Source: Anaerolineales bacterium
GTDB taxonomy: Bacteria > Chloroflexota > Anaerolineae > Anaerolineales > Villigracilaceae
DNA: 64,000 nt
NCBI GenBank assembly: GCA_050014055.1
Contig: JBEKEB010000001.1
Coordinates: 2,483 to 66,482, forward strand
Reading direction: 5' to 3'
Position numbers and translations under genes: made by a program. The notes under the pieces are model-generated. The model saw only the letters and a program-made list of their open reading frames with translations, did not search any database and was not told the origin of the DNA. Every line of letters starts with the position of its first letter. Position 1 is the first letter of the stretch. Below are positions 17,493 through 28,611 of the stretch, one piece after another.

Positions 17493-20400
17493 ATGTTCAA
17501 ACCGGTCAGCCCCAAGCTGGATGTCACTGCCCTGGAAGAGGGAGTTTTACAATTCTGGAAAGACCGCAAGATCTTCGAAAAGACCGGCACCCAGCGCAAG
17601 GGCGCGCCGGAATACGTCTTTTACGAAGGGCCACCCACTGCCAACGGCAAACCCGGCGTCCACCACGTGGAAGCGCGTGCCTTCAAGGACATGTTCCCGC
17701 GTTACAAGATCATGAAAGGCTTCCATGTCTCGCGCCGGGGCGGTTGGGATACCCAAGGCCTGCCGGTGGAGATTGAAATCGAAAAGAAACTCGGATTCAA
17801 TAATAAACAACAGATCGAGGAGTACGGCATCGAGAAATTCAACGAACTGTGCCGTAAATCCGTTTTCGAATATATCCAGGACTGGGAGAAGCTGACCGAC
17901 CGGATCGCTTTCTGGGTCGACCTGCGCGAGGCCTACGTCACCTATACCAACGATTACATCGAATCGGTCTGGTGGATCCTGAAAACCTTCTGGGAACGCG
18001 ACCTGCTTTTCAAGGGATATAAGATCGTGCCGTACTGCCCGCGCTGCGGCACGCCGCTCTCGGACCATGAAGTGGCCATGGGCTACGCGGATGCCACCGA
18101 CCCGTCCGTCTTCGTGCGCATGCCGCTGGTCGATAAGCCCGGCACCTCCCTGCTGGTCTGGACCACCACCCCCTGGACGCTGCCTGCCAACGTGGCGGTG
18201 GCAGTCGGCCCGGAGGTCGATTACGTCACGGTCGAGCACACCCTCCCGGAGTCCGAGCCCGGAGTCAAAGCGGGAACGGAACGGCTCATCCTGGCCAAAG
18301 CCCTGCTGGAGAAAGTCTTCCGCGACGAAGAGGTCAAGGTGGTGGAACATTTCAAAGGCAAGAAGCTCAAAGGCAGCAAGTATCGCCCGCTCTTTACCTT
18401 CATGCCGTTGGATAAACCAGCCCATTATGTGATCCTGGGCGATTTCGTCACCACCGGGGATGGCACCGGCCTGGTGCATATCGCCCCAGCCTTCGGCGCG
18501 GACGATATGGAAGTAGCCAAGAAATATGACCTGCCCGTTCTTATGACGGTCGGCCCGGATGGCGCTATCCTGCCGCAGATCAAGCCCTGGCGGGGTGTCT
18601 TCGTCAAGGATGCCGATCCGTCGATCATCCTGGACTTGCAGGCGCGCGGGTTGATGTTCCGCTCCGAAAAGTATACCCATACCTACCCCTTCTGCTGGCG
18701 CTGCGGCACGCCCCTGTTATATTACGCCCGCGATTCCTGGTACATCCGCACCAGCCAGTTCAAGGACCGCCTGGTGGAGCTCAACAACAAGATCAACTGG
18801 GTGCCCGAACACATTCGCGAAGGCCGCTTCGGCAACTGGCTCTCCAACAATATCGACTGGTCGCTGTCGCGCGAACGCTACTGGGGTACGCCACTGCCGG
18901 TCTGGGAATGCCCGGACTGCAAGAACCGTGAATGTGTCGGTTCGGTCAAGGAACTTTCCGAAAAAGCCGGGCGTGACCTGAAAGACCTGGACCTGCACCG
19001 CCCGCACGTGGATGCCATCACCTGGAAATGCAGCAAGTGCAGCGGCAAGATGAGCCGCGTCCTCGACGTGATCGATTGCTGGTTCGACGCCGGCTCCATG
19101 CCGGTGGCCCAATGGCATTACCCCTTCGAAAACCAGGCTTTGTTCAAACAGCAGTTCCCGGCTGATTACATCTGTGAAGCCGTTGACCAGACGCGCGGCT
19201 GGTTCTATACCCTGCATGCCATCAGCACTTTGCTCTTCGACCAGGAATGTTTCAAGAACGTCATCAGCCTGGGCCATGTTGTCGATGCGGAAGGAAGAAA
19301 GATGTCCAAGCACCTAGGCAATGTGGTTGACCCGTGGACGGTGCTGGACGAATCCGGGGCGGATGCCTTCCGCTGGTATTTCTACACCTGCTCGTTGCCT
19401 GGAGCCGAGAAGCGCTTTGCTCCCAGCATGGTCACGGATGTGGTCAAAAATTTCACCTTGACGCTCTGGAACATCTACTCATTCTTCGTGACCTACGCAA
19501 ACCTGGACCAACCGGCCCTTACCCCCGCCCCCGAGCGGAGAACGGCACCAGAGGGCAAAGGCAACGACCTCGACCGCTGGCTGCTTTCCTCCCTGAATAC
19601 GCTTGTACGGGATGTTAGCAAGGCCTACGAGACCTATGATGTTCCGGGCGCCACCCGCCCGATCGAAGTCTTCGTTGAAAGCCTCTCCACCTGGTACCTG
19701 CGCCGCTCGCGCCGGCGTTTCTGGAAGTCTGAATCCGATACCGATAAACAGTCCGCCTACGCAACCCTGTATACCGCCCTGGTGACCCTGTCCAAATTGT
19801 TGGCGCCGGCCATGCCCTTCCTGGCCGAAGAAATGTATCGCAACCTGGTCTGCTCGCTGGATCCCAAGGCACCCGAGTCGGTGCACCTGGCAGCCTGGCC
19901 TAAAGCGGACGAAGGCCACATCGATGAAACGCTCAACCGTGAAATGGACCTGGTCATGAAAATGGTTTCGCTGGGGCATAACGCCCGCCAGAAAGCCAAC
20001 CGGAAAGTCCGCCAACCTCTGTCAGAAGTGGCCTTTGCGCTCAGCCGCCTGGATGAATATCACGCCGTTGAAACCTACGCCGACCTCATCACCGATGAAC
20101 TGAACGTTAAGAAAGTGCGCCTGCTGGATACAACATTGGAAGCGGTCTCCTTCACGGTCAAGCCGCTGCCCAAACAGTTGGGCCAAAAATATGGCAACAA
20201 ATTCCCCGAGTTGGCCAAGGCCATCCGCCTGCTCGATCCCAATCAGGTTGCCCCGGTCTTTCTCTCCGGGCAATCCGAAAAGATCATGCTGGCAGATCAG
20301 GAATACACCATTTTGCCCGAGGATGTGGAGGTGCGCGCGGATGCGAAAACCGGTTTCGCAGTGGCCGCGGATGGCGCCTATCTGGCCGCCCTGGTCACCG

Positions 20401-20678
20401 ACCTGACCCCCGACCTGGTGCGCGAAGGCCTGGCGCGTGAGTTCGTCCGGCGCGTGCAGGACCTGCGCAAAACCGCCGATCTGGACGTGGCCGACCGGAT
20501 CAAGGTGAATGTGGTGGCGACTCCCGGGCTGAAGGAAGCCATCGAAGCCAACCGGGATTACATCACCGCCGAAACGCTGACAGTGGAATTGCGCTACGCC
20601 GAGCCCGCCCCCGAATCCACGACCTCTTCGGACGAGTTCGATGGCGAGAAGGTAACGGTTGGGCTGGTGAAAGCCTGA
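17493..20678 (+). CDS. ileS: Isoleucine--tRNA ligase
   Basis: PPTANGKPGVHHV (HIGH-type) and KMSKHLGN (KMSKS). About 1060 aa. The ATG at 17493 follows GGAGG. Confidence 0.95.
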   Translation: MFKPVSPKLDVTALEEGVLQFWKDRKIFEKTGTQRKGAPEYVFYEGPPTANGKPGVHHVEARAFKDMFPRYKIMKGFHVSRRGGWDTQGLPVEIEIEKKLGFNNKQQIEEYGIEKFNELCRKSVFEYIQDWEKLTDRIAFWVDLREAYVTYTNDYIESVWWILKTFWERDLLFKGYKIVPYCPRCGTPLSDHEVAMGYADATDPSVFVRMPLVDKPGTSLLVWTTTPWTLPANVAVAVGPEVDYVTVEHTLPESEPGVKAGTERLILAKALLEKVFRDEEVKVVEHFKGKKLKGSKYRPLFTFMPLDKPAHYVILGDFVTTGDGTGLVHIAPAFGADDMEVAKKYDLPVLMTVGPDGAILPQIKPWRGVFVKDADPSIILDLQARGLMFRSEKYTHTYPFCWRCGTPLLYYARDSWYIRTSQFKDRLVELNNKINWVPEHIREGRFGNWLSNNIDWSLSRERYWGTPLPVWECPDCKNRECVGSVKELSEKAGRDLKDLDLHRPHVDAITWKCSKCSGKMSRVLDVIDCWFDAGSMPVAQWHYPFENQALFKQQFPADYICEAVDQTRGWFYTLHAISTLLFDQECFKNVISLGHVVDAEGRKMSKHLGNVVDPWTVLDESGADAFRWYFYTCSLPGAEKRFAPSMVTDVVKNFTLTLWNIYSFFVTYANLDQPALTPAPERRTAPEGKGNDLDRWLLSSLNTLVRDVSKAYETYDVPGATRPIEVFVESLSTWYLRRSRRRFWKSESDTDKQSAYATLYTALVTLSKLLAPAMPFLAEEMYRNLVCSLDPKAPESVHLAAWPKADEGHIDETLNREMDLVMKMVSLGHNARQKANRKVRQPLSEVAFALSRLDEYHAVETYADLITDELNVKKVRLLDTTLEAVSFTVKPLPKQLGQKYGNKFPELAKAIRLLDPNQVAPVFLSGQSEKIMLADQEYTILPEDVEVRADAKTGFAVAADGAYLAALVTDLTPDLVREGLAREFVRRVQDLRKTADLDVADRIKVNVVATPGLKEAIEANRDYITAETLTVELRYAEPAPESTTSSDEFDGEKVTVGLVKA

Positions 20679-20758
20679 TGTAGGCCGCCTTGTATTCGTC
20701 AACCTTTCATCCGCTAATTGAAGCGAATTTGCGCCTATCATTTAAAAAACAGCTATCC

Positions 20759-20788
20759 GACGCGCTGGTTAGCGCGTCGCATTTTTAT
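20759..20788 (+). terminator. Intrinsic terminator after ileS
   Basis: gacgcgct ggtt agcgcgtc followed by gcatttttatt. Confidence 0.75.
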
Positions 20789-20913
20789 TCCTTAACAAAA
20801 CGGAAATGACCCCCTTTGGACGATATCGAATATAATTTTATCCATCGAGGTGGACCGTTGGCCTATACCGATTCGATCATTGACAACTTCATGGGCAGGG
20901 AGCAGGTTGGCTA

Positions 20914-21621
20914 ATGCAGAAAATAATACGCTGTAAGGTGACGGAGATCCAGGATCATGGCGAGCAACTCTACAGTATTTTCCTGAAGCCGGAATCGCCC
21001 GCCCCGCCCTTCCTGCCAGGCCAGTATCTGTCGCTGGCCCTGGACGAGTACAGCCCCGGCGGCGCCTGGCCGGAGAGCCGCGCATTTTCCATTGCCAGCG
21101 CCACGGCGGAGCGACGACTTCTGCGCATCACCTATGCTGTCAAAGGCCGGTTTTCCGCCCGGATGGAAGCCGGGTTGCGACTGGGGTCTCCGGTTTGGGT
21201 CAAAATGCCCTTTGGCGAATTCACGATCAACCCCAACCGGGATGCCTGTATGCTGGCGGGTGGTACCGGCGTGACGGCGTTCACCGCTTTTCTGGCCGGG
21301 CTTTCGGCCACTTACCCACACCATATCCACCTTTTCTATGGGGCCAGGCGGCCTGGCCAACTGATCTACCGTCCGCTGGTGGAGGTTGCCGCGCAACGCT
21401 GCCCGGGCTTGCAGGTGCGTTATTATGCCGAACAGGATTTTGAGGGCACTGATTGCCAGCCGGGGCGGATCGAGGTGGAGACCGTTTTCCGGTCCATTCC
21501 CGAACCGCTCTCCTTGGCCTACTATCTGGCCGGTCCCCCCGAGATGATTCAGACCCTTACGGTTGCCTTGACCCGGCGCGGCCTGCCAACCGGTCAGGTC
21601 ATTGCGGAGGCGTGGGAGTAG
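20914..21621 (+). CDS. Ferredoxin-NADP-reductase-like FAD/NAD(P)-binding oxidoreductase
   Basis: RAFSIAS (RxYS-type FAD motif) and MLAGGTGVTAF (NAD-binding GGxGxxP-like); 235 aa. Confidence 0.6.
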   Translation: MQKIIRCKVTEIQDHGEQLYSIFLKPESPAPPFLPGQYLSLALDEYSPGGAWPESRAFSIASATAERRLLRITYAVKGRFSARMEAGLRLGSPVWVKMPFGEFTINPNRDACMLAGGTGVTAFTAFLAGLSATYPHHIHLFYGARRPGQLIYRPLVEVAAQRCPGLQVRYYAEQDFEGTDCQPGRIEVETVFRSIPEPLSLAYYLAGPPEMIQTLTVALTRRGLPTGQVIAEAWE

Positions 21622-21851
21622 GGCTGCTTGAGCCCTCTTAACCGACGACCTGGACATAGCCAATCCAACCCATATGCAGCACTGGCTCTGGATGTCATTG
21701 GGGTTAACCCGTTTCAGATACCCCCCTGCAGACAATTAGCTATTTATTCAATCCATTTTCACTTTGAGTTGGACTTATCCCCGCAATTACTAACTTTGAA
21801 ACCCAGAAGGTCATTAGCGGCCGTTATCCAAAGGTCATTTATAATTGTATT

Positions 21852-23159
21852 ATGGCTTTTTCATCTTTATTTTCTCGCTATCGTTCCTGGGCATTCAAGG
21901 GTGGGTTCAGCATTCTTGATCAGGGATTTTTTTCCGGTTCGAATTTTATAATAAGTATACTTCTTGCTCGTTGGCTAACCCTGAATGATTATGGCGCTTT
22001 TGTGATTGCATTTACTTTTTACTTATTGTTGACCGGTTTTTACAATGCTTTCATCCTCGAACCGATGAGTGTGCTTGGCCCGGCCAAATATTCGGATCGA
22101 TTGCCAGACTACTTATTTATCCAATTCAAGTTACACGGAATAATAACTTTTATCCTTGCGCTTGTTATAATAGCAGCGGGGTGGTCAATGGCACATTGGA
22201 TAAACAGTTCTTTAGGAAATGCTTTGATGGGAATGGGGGTTGCAATACCATTTATATTGTTGTTGTGGCTTGCACGGAGGATATTTTATATATTAATGAA
22301 GCCTGGCAATGCATTCTTGATCAGTCTCTCTTTCTTTATTCTTTCTATTATCGGGATAATAATTTTGCATTCGACAAAATTGCTAAATACATTTACGTGT
22401 TTTATCGTAATAGGCATTGCAAGCATAATAGCTTCAATTTTTCTTTTTAGGAAATATACAAACCTGCCAAAAACCAGGAATCTTTCGGATCTGGCATGGC
22501 GAAGTCTCGTAAAGGAACAATGGCTATATGGCCGGTGGATAGCCGCTGCCACAGTTCTGACTTTCCTGGGAAATCAAATCCAGGTTTTTCTTCTGGCTGG
22601 ATTAATCAGCTTGCAATCCGCCGGAGTCCTGGATGCATTACAAAACTTCATTGGGCCAATTTCTCAGGGAATCACTGCAATCACCACATTGGCTATACCA
22701 ATCCTTTCTTATGATTTTGGACGATCGAACTACCAAGATATCCGCCAGAAAACCCTTTTTGTGGCGATCCTGCTAACAATTATCGCTGGCGTTTATGAAA
22801 TATTATTGTGGGGATTCTCGTCTCAATTGGAAACACTGATCTATAATGGAAAATATTCAAATTTTATTCACTTTATACCAATATTAGGAATAATTCCTAT
22901 ATTTACGGCAATAACTACGGGATACTCTCTTGCCCTGAGGGCGATTCAAAGGCCGCAGTTCTTTCTAATTTACGGAATGGTTGTAGCACCGGTAGGATTG
23001 CTTACAGGGGTAATATTCACACATATTTGGGGATTGGAAGGAGCTGTATGGAGCTTGGTAATAATTTCGGTTATAACACTCGTTGTTCACATGATACTGT
23101 ATAGAAATTGGTTTATAAATTCAATCATAAGAAAACAGGTCACCAATGAGTCAAATTAA
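21852..23159 (+). CDS. Polysaccharide/O-antigen flippase (Wzx-like, MOP superfamily)
   Basis: 435-aa protein, hydrophobic throughout. First gene of the AT-rich glycan cluster. Confidence 0.65.
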   Translation: MAFSSLFSRYRSWAFKGGFSILDQGFFSGSNFIISILLARWLTLNDYGAFVIAFTFYLLLTGFYNAFILEPMSVLGPAKYSDRLPDYLFIQFKLHGIITFILALVIIAAGWSMAHWINSSLGNALMGMGVAIPFILLLWLARRIFYILMKPGNAFLISLSFFILSIIGIIILHSTKLLNTFTCFIVIGIASIIASIFLFRKYTNLPKTRNLSDLAWRSLVKEQWLYGRWIAAATVLTFLGNQIQVFLLAGLISLQSAGVLDALQNFIGPISQGITAITTLAIPILSYDFGRSNYQDIRQKTLFVAILLTIIAGVYEILLWGFSSQLETLIYNGKYSNFIHFIPILGIIPIFTAITTGYSLALRAIQRPQFFLIYGMVVAPVGLLTGVIFTHIWGLEGAVWSLVIISVITLVVHMILYRNWFINSIIRKQVTNESN

Positions 23160-23250
23160 GTCAAACCACTCTTTATTATCTTTTAGCCAACAACGTATTA
23201 TTGTCCGTTAGAAGCTTGTAAGCTCATCAAACCGTCTAAGATGGTAACGA

Positions 23251-24033
23251 ATGAAATTCATTAATTTGATTACCAGCCCCAATAGATTAGAAAGAATACT
23301 CTCCTTAATAGAGATAAGATTCAATCTCCTTTTTTTTGACGCAAGGCCGAATGAAGCTGTTTATATAAATGATTTATTTTCGATTTTGAATAATCGTCAG
23401 GATTTAAAGAAGCTCTTACAGGATGATGAGGTGGAAAAAACCGTAGAATCTATTCGTCACGAATTTGATAGACAATTAACCAATTATGGAACCGATCTAC
23501 CCTTTCCTGTAAAGTTTAATGCGGATAAGTCGTTTGCATTGTTAGTTTATGCGATTGCCCGATTTTTACACCCCGAAAAGGTCGTAGAGACAGGCATCGG
23601 TTATGGGATGACTTCAGCTCTAATTCTCCTAGCGTTGAAAAACAATGGAAAAGGGAACTTAATGAGTATGGATTTACATCCATTATCAGACCCTGAAGGC
23701 GCTTTTATAGGGATTGGGGTTCCGCAGGACTTAAGGAAAAGCTGGAAGCTGCATTCTGGGAGCAGCCGTCGTTTGCTGCCAAAGATAATAACCGAATTCG
23801 GGACAGTCAGTTTGTTTGTTTCCGACAGTGCTAATGTTTTTACTTTGCAGCGATATGAATTCAATGCGGTATTCCCCAAACTGATTCCAAATGGTGCTAT
23901 GATATTCAATAATGTTTCATTAAAGTTTCAGGAATACCTCAATTCTGTCAAAGGTATTGAATTTTACTCTATTTGGCAGTCGGAGAAGATTTCATGTGTG
24001 ACGATAGTGGTATTCAAAAACCCACTCGAATAA
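23251..24033 (+). CDS. Class I SAM-dependent methyltransferase (O-methyltransferase-like)
   Basis: Motif I-like VVETGIGYGMTSALIL followed by an acidic residue in LMSMDL. Confidence 0.55.
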   Translation: MKFINLITSPNRLERILSLIEIRFNLLFFDARPNEAVYINDLFSILNNRQDLKKLLQDDEVEKTVESIRHEFDRQLTNYGTDLPFPVKFNADKSFALLVYAIARFLHPEKVVETGIGYGMTSALILLALKNNGKGNLMSMDLHPLSDPEGAFIGIGVPQDLRKSWKLHSGSSRRLLPKIITEFGTVSLFVSDSANVFTLQRYEFNAVFPKLIPNGAMIFNNVSLKFQEYLNSVKGIEFYSIWQSEKISCVTIVVFKNPLE

Positions 24034-24764
24034 TTACAACAAGTTGGGATGATGGACATCCGCTCGACATTCGCTTGGCAGAGTTATTGGCTACCTTTGG
24101 ACTTAAAGGTACATTTTATGTGCCTATAAGTTACGATGCGAAAAAGATATTGGACTATGGGCAACTCAGATACCTTATGCAAATGGGTATGGAAATTGGC
24201 TCGCATACATTAACTCATCCAATTCTTACGAAATTGGATAAAGAGACAGTATCTGGTGAGCTGGTAGAAAGTAAAAAAAAGCTCGAAGATATATTAGGAG
24301 ATAATGTACAAGCTTTCTGTTATCCGGGCGGAAAATTTAATAAAAGGACCCGGGATATGGTTATCTCAGCTGGATATGTTTTGGGCAGAACTACGCTCGG
24401 GTTCAGAATTGACACGGATTTTGATCCTTTTCTAATGCCAGTCTCTCTTCAATTCTACCCTCATCAACGTCAGGTTCTTTTTACTCATTTGCTCAAAGAA
24501 GTTAATTTGAGAGGGTTACGCAATTGGATAGGTTACCGCCACTTTAATACAGATATTATCTTATTGACAAAATGCCTGCTTGATTCGGTTACTAAGAAAC
24601 AAGGAGTTCTTCATATTTGGGGCCATTCTTGGGAAATAGAAAAGTATGGATTATGGGATTTGTTGAAGGAAACATTGAGTTGTGTCTCAAATCAGAAAAA
24701 TGTCATGTATTGTACTAATACGGAAGTAATTAAAACTATCAACAAAACGAAAATTGCTATTTAG
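23994..24764 (+). CDS. Polysaccharide deacetylase (NodB homology domain)
   Basis: TTSWDDGHP ... GSHTLTHP motifs. ATG at 23994 follows GGAGAAG; the ORF-track TTG is at 23973. Confidence 0.75.
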   Translation: MCDDSGIQKPTRIITTSWDDGHPLDIRLAELLATFGLKGTFYVPISYDAKKILDYGQLRYLMQMGMEIGSHTLTHPILTKLDKETVSGELVESKKKLEDILGDNVQAFCYPGGKFNKRTRDMVISAGYVLGRTTLGFRIDTDFDPFLMPVSLQFYPHQRQVLFTHLLKEVNLRGLRNWIGYRHFNTDIILLTKCLLDSVTKKQGVLHIWGHSWEIEKYGLWDLLKETLSCVSNQKNVMYCTNTEVIKTINKTKIAI

Positions 24765-24808
24765 AGTTTTTTAAATCTCTTCATGATAAACTAGCAAAGG
24801 TAATTGAA

Positions 24809-25516
24809 TTGCCAAATCCCCAGAATTTTCATAGAAATCTTTGGAAAGGTAAGATTAGTGGCCAAATAAATCCTCTCCAAAATCGCGATTGGTTCCACCG
24901 GTATTTTTTGGATTTAATATTCAATCCGATGGAAAACCCGCGTCAAGAAATAGCTGTACGTTTATTAAGATCCGGGAAGAAATTACTCGATATTGGATGT
25001 TGGGAAGGACGTTTATTATCTGAAATTGATCAAGCAGGTTTATTTCAAGAACTTTATGGAATTGATATTTCCTCTGAAGCTGTAGAGAAAGTTATATCCA
25101 AAGGATTTACTGATGAAGTAGTCGACTTGAATAACGAGACTTTACCCTTTCCAGATGAATTCTTTGATGCCGTAACCATACTGGCTGTTTTGGAACATGT
25201 TTTTGATCCGTACATGGTTATTCAGGAAATTTATCGTTTTTTACGTTCGAATGGTATTTTAATTATTGATGTCCCCAATGTAGCATCGTTTTCGAATTGT
25301 GTTCGTATCTTGATTGGCCACTTGCCTGTGACATCGAGAGATCCAGGTTGGGATGGTGGATATCTTCACTATTATACAAAGCGATCTCTTGATCAATTCC
25401 TTTCGAGTCAAGGTTTCACTATAACAGCTAGAAGAACAGGCGGCCACCCTGCAGTAAGAAATTGGTGGATTTCTTTGCTGGCTAGGGAATTGATTTATTC
25501 TTGCAATAAAAAATGA
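24809..25516 (+). CDS. Class I SAM-dependent methyltransferase
   Basis: LLDIGCWEGRL, YGIDIS and ILAVLEHVFDP motifs. Confidence 0.75.
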   Translation: MPNPQNFHRNLWKGKISGQINPLQNRDWFHRYFLDLIFNPMENPRQEIAVRLLRSGKKLLDIGCWEGRLLSEIDQAGLFQELYGIDISSEAVEKVISKGFTDEVVDLNNETLPFPDEFFDAVTILAVLEHVFDPYMVIQEIYRFLRSNGILIIDVPNVASFSNCVRILIGHLPVTSRDPGWDGGYLHYYTKRSLDQFLSSQGFTITARRTGGHPAVRNWWISLLARELIYSCNKK

Positions 25517-26673
25517 ATTGGAAGAGGACTAAGTTGAATATTGCATTTGTCACAAATTTCTGTCCATATTATCGAGTCAGAACTTTCGAAACATTAGCAA
25601 AATACCATAATGTGGATTACTTTTTCTATTCTGCGGGGAACGAATGGTACTGGCAGCAGCAGCACGGCATTCGATCTGGAAATTTTCATTATGAGTATTT
25701 ACGAGGGTTATCAGTTGGTAGGACGCGGATTACACCCGATCTCCCAGGAAAATTATTACGAGGCGGATATGATGTATATATCAAGTGTATCAATGGGCGG
25801 TTTGCATTACCCATCACATATTTGATCGCGAGGATAAGAAATAAACCGTTTATCCTCTGGACAGGAATCTGGATGCGCTTAATGACGCCGAGCCACAGGT
25901 TGATATTTCCGGCAACTCGCTTTATTTATCGGAATGCAGATGCTGTGGTTGTATATGGTGAGCATGTTAAGCGCTATCTTATCAGTGAGGGAGTTAGCGA
26001 AGAGCGCATTTTTGTAGCCTCGCATTCTGTGGATAACAATGTCTACAATCGTGCGGTAACCGAGGAAGAACGAGCTGCCTTAAAGCAAAAATTGAATATT
26101 CCGGAAGAAAAGAAAATCATTCTTTATTTGGGACGCTTGGAAGAGGCCAAGGGCCTTTCTTACTTGCTGGATGCTTTCGCGTCATTAAAAAGGGAAGATT
26201 GCATTCTGGTGTTTGCAGGCAACGGTAAATACCGCCACCAATTGGAAGAGCGGGCTGTTGAAAAAGATATTATTGCCCAAATTCGTTTTGCAGGATATGT
26301 CCAACCAGAACAAGCTACAGTGTATTATGCTGATGCAAATGTCTTTGTTTTACCATCTATCACTACAAAGACAACGAAAGAGACGTGGGGATTGGTTGTA
26401 AATGAGGCGTTTAATCAGGGTTTGCCAGTAATTGCTACAGATGCCGTCGGGGCAGCAGCTGGAGGGTTTATAAAAGATGGTATTAACGGCTATATTGTGA
26501 AAGAACGTGATACAAATGAACTGGCCAAAGCAATGCAAAAGATTTTGGATGATCCTCAAAAGCGAGAAGATTTTGGGAAAAATGCACGAAGTACCGTTGC
26601 TTTATGGGATAATGAAAATATGGTTTTGGGCTTCAGGCAGGCCATTGATTATGTGACAACCAAACGAAAATGA
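25513..26673 (+). CDS. Glycosyltransferase family 4 (GT-B)
   Basis: ATGA overlap with the upstream gene. The C-terminal ETWGLVVNEAFNQGLPVIATD is an EX7E-type motif. Confidence 0.8.
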   Translation: MNWKRTKLNIAFVTNFCPYYRVRTFETLAKYHNVDYFFYSAGNEWYWQQQHGIRSGNFHYEYLRGLSVGRTRITPDLPGKLLRGGYDVYIKCINGRFALPITYLIARIRNKPFILWTGIWMRLMTPSHRLIFPATRFIYRNADAVVVYGEHVKRYLISEGVSEERIFVASHSVDNNVYNRAVTEEERAALKQKLNIPEEKKIILYLGRLEEAKGLSYLLDAFASLKREDCILVFAGNGKYRHQLEERAVEKDIIAQIRFAGYVQPEQATVYYADANVFVLPSITTKTTKETWGLVVNEAFNQGLPVIATDAVGAAAGGFIKDGINGYIVKERDTNELAKAMQKILDDPQKREDFGKNARSTVALWDNENMVLGFRQAIDYVTTKRK

Positions 26674-27851
26674 AATTGTTCCGTGTTTTGATGGTTCATA
26701 ATTATTATCAACATCCTGGCGGCGAAGATACGGTTTTTTCTGCTGAAAAGGAATTATTGTCGGGCCGAGGCCACGAAGTTATGGTACTTTCTGATACCAA
26801 CCTCCGCCTCAATCAAATAAGTAATTTCAGAGTAGCAAAGAATGCAGTTTGGTCAAATGAAACAATAAACAAAATCGAGCGACTAATAGATAATAATCAT
26901 CCTGACATTGCCCATGTACATAATACTTGGATGATGTTATCTCCGTCCATTTATTATGCCTTTCAGAAGGCAAATATTCCGGTTGTTCAGACCCTCCATA
27001 ATTATCGCTTGTTATGCCCCAACGCTCTTCTTTTTCGAAAAAACAAGGTATGTGAAGATTGCATGAGATTCCCAATACCGATTCCGGGGATTCTCCACAA
27101 ATGTTATCGAGGTTCAATAGCTCAATCCGCCCTTATGACTGCCATGCTCACCTATCACCGCGTTATCCATACTTGGAGAAATCAAATAAATTGTTACATC
27201 GCTTTGAGTGATTTCTCCCGAAATAAATTCATTCAAGGTGGGCTGCAATCTGACAAGCTGTTTGTTAAGCCGAACTTTATTGAGTACTCGACTCAGAATC
27301 ATGATCTTGATCGAAAATATGCTTTTTTTTCAGGGAGGCTGTCAATAGAAAAAGGGGTTCGAATATTTGCAGATGCCTGGAGATCGCATGTGCCCTCCAA
27401 TATTCAGCTTCGGATCGCCGGGGAAGGTCCTGAACATGGATTGGTCAATCAATTGGTTTCACAAAAAGATAATGTGAGATATCTTGGGTTCTTAAACAAA
27501 GAATCATTAACGGAAACTTTTTGGCATTCGAAATTTGTTATTATCCCGTCCGTTTGTTATGAAAGTTTTCCGATAACCATCTTGGAAGCATTTGTTACAT
27601 GTACACCAGTGATTGCATCTCGAATTGGTGCGTTGGCTGAACTCATTAGGGATGGCGAAACCGGACTGCTGTTCAACCCGGGTGATCCCGTTGATTTGGC
27701 TGAAAAAGTGGATTGGCTCTGGAACCATCCCGAAGAGTCTGCGCGCATGGGGCGCAATGCCCGTAAGGAATATGAAGCCAAATACACACCCGAACGCAAT
27801 TACCAGATGCTTATGGAAATTTATGAAATGGCCATGACGGGGCGAAAATGA
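26670..27851 (+). CDS. Glycosyltransferase family 4 (GT-B)
   Basis: GGEDTV N-terminal motif and ESFPITILEAFVTCTPVIASRIG (EX7E); overlapping start. Confidence 0.8.
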   Translation: MKLFRVLMVHNYYQHPGGEDTVFSAEKELLSGRGHEVMVLSDTNLRLNQISNFRVAKNAVWSNETINKIERLIDNNHPDIAHVHNTWMMLSPSIYYAFQKANIPVVQTLHNYRLLCPNALLFRKNKVCEDCMRFPIPIPGILHKCYRGSIAQSALMTAMLTYHRVIHTWRNQINCYIALSDFSRNKFIQGGLQSDKLFVKPNFIEYSTQNHDLDRKYAFFSGRLSIEKGVRIFADAWRSHVPSNIQLRIAGEGPEHGLVNQLVSQKDNVRYLGFLNKESLTETFWHSKFVIIPSVCYESFPITILEAFVTCTPVIASRIGALAELIRDGETGLLFNPGDPVDLAEKVDWLWNHPEESARMGRNARKEYEAKYTPERNYQMLMEIYEMAMTGRK

Positions 27852-28609
27852 AATCGCTTGTGCTCGAAACAAGGGTTAATACTACCAGTTATACAGACGC
27901 AACCCGCCAGGTAGAAGACTGGGCCTTCGCAGGACAAAGTCAGTATGTATGCATTGCCAATGTCCATGTAATTATGGAAGCACACGATTCCATTGATTTC
28001 AGAAATGCAATCAATTCGTCCGATCTGGTTACCCCGGATGGCATGCCATTGGTTTGGATGTTGCGCCTGAAAGGAGTAAAAGGTCAAACCCGTGTTTATG
28101 GCCCGATCCTCATGCTGCATGTTCTGGAGATGGCTGCCAGGGAGAAAATCCCGGTGGGTTTTTATGGTGCGAAGGATCAAACATTGGAGAAACTCATTGC
28201 TCATCTGGGTGGGCTTTACCCTAGTCTGAAGGTAACTTATGCGTTCAGCCCGCCCTTCCGACCTTTGGAAAAACAAGAATCTGCCCAAATTATTAAGGAT
28301 ATTACTGCCTCCGGCGCTCGTATCCTTTTTGTAGGATTGGGCTGCCCGAAGCAGGAAATCTGGATGGCTGAACATAAAGGGAAGATCCCGGCAGTCATGC
28401 TGGGCGTGGGGGCTGCCTTTGATTTTCTGGCTGGAACCAAGCCCCAAGCTCCCAGCTGGATGCAAGCAGTTGGGTTGGAGTGGTTTTTCCGCTTTATTCA
28501 TGAACCTCGTCGCCTGGCGAGGCGGTATCTGTATAATAATCCGCGCTTTCTCTTTTTAGCTCTGGCAGATTTATTGGGTATACTTGGGAAAGGAAATAAA
28601 GAGGCCTAG
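27848..28609 (+). CDS. WecB/TagA/CpsF-family glycosyltransferase (GT26)
   Basis: ANVHVIMEA, DLVTPDGMPLVW and LGCPKQE blocks. Confidence 0.8.
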   Translation: MKSLVLETRVNTTSYTDATRQVEDWAFAGQSQYVCIANVHVIMEAHDSIDFRNAINSSDLVTPDGMPLVWMLRLKGVKGQTRVYGPILMLHVLEMAAREKIPVGFYGAKDQTLEKLIAHLGGLYPSLKVTYAFSPPFRPLEKQESAQIIKDITASGARILFVGLGCPKQEIWMAEHKGKIPAVMLGVGAAFDFLAGTKPQAPSWMQAVGLEWFFRFIHEPRRLARRYLYNNPRFLFLALADLLGILGKGNKEA

Positions 28610-28611
28610 GG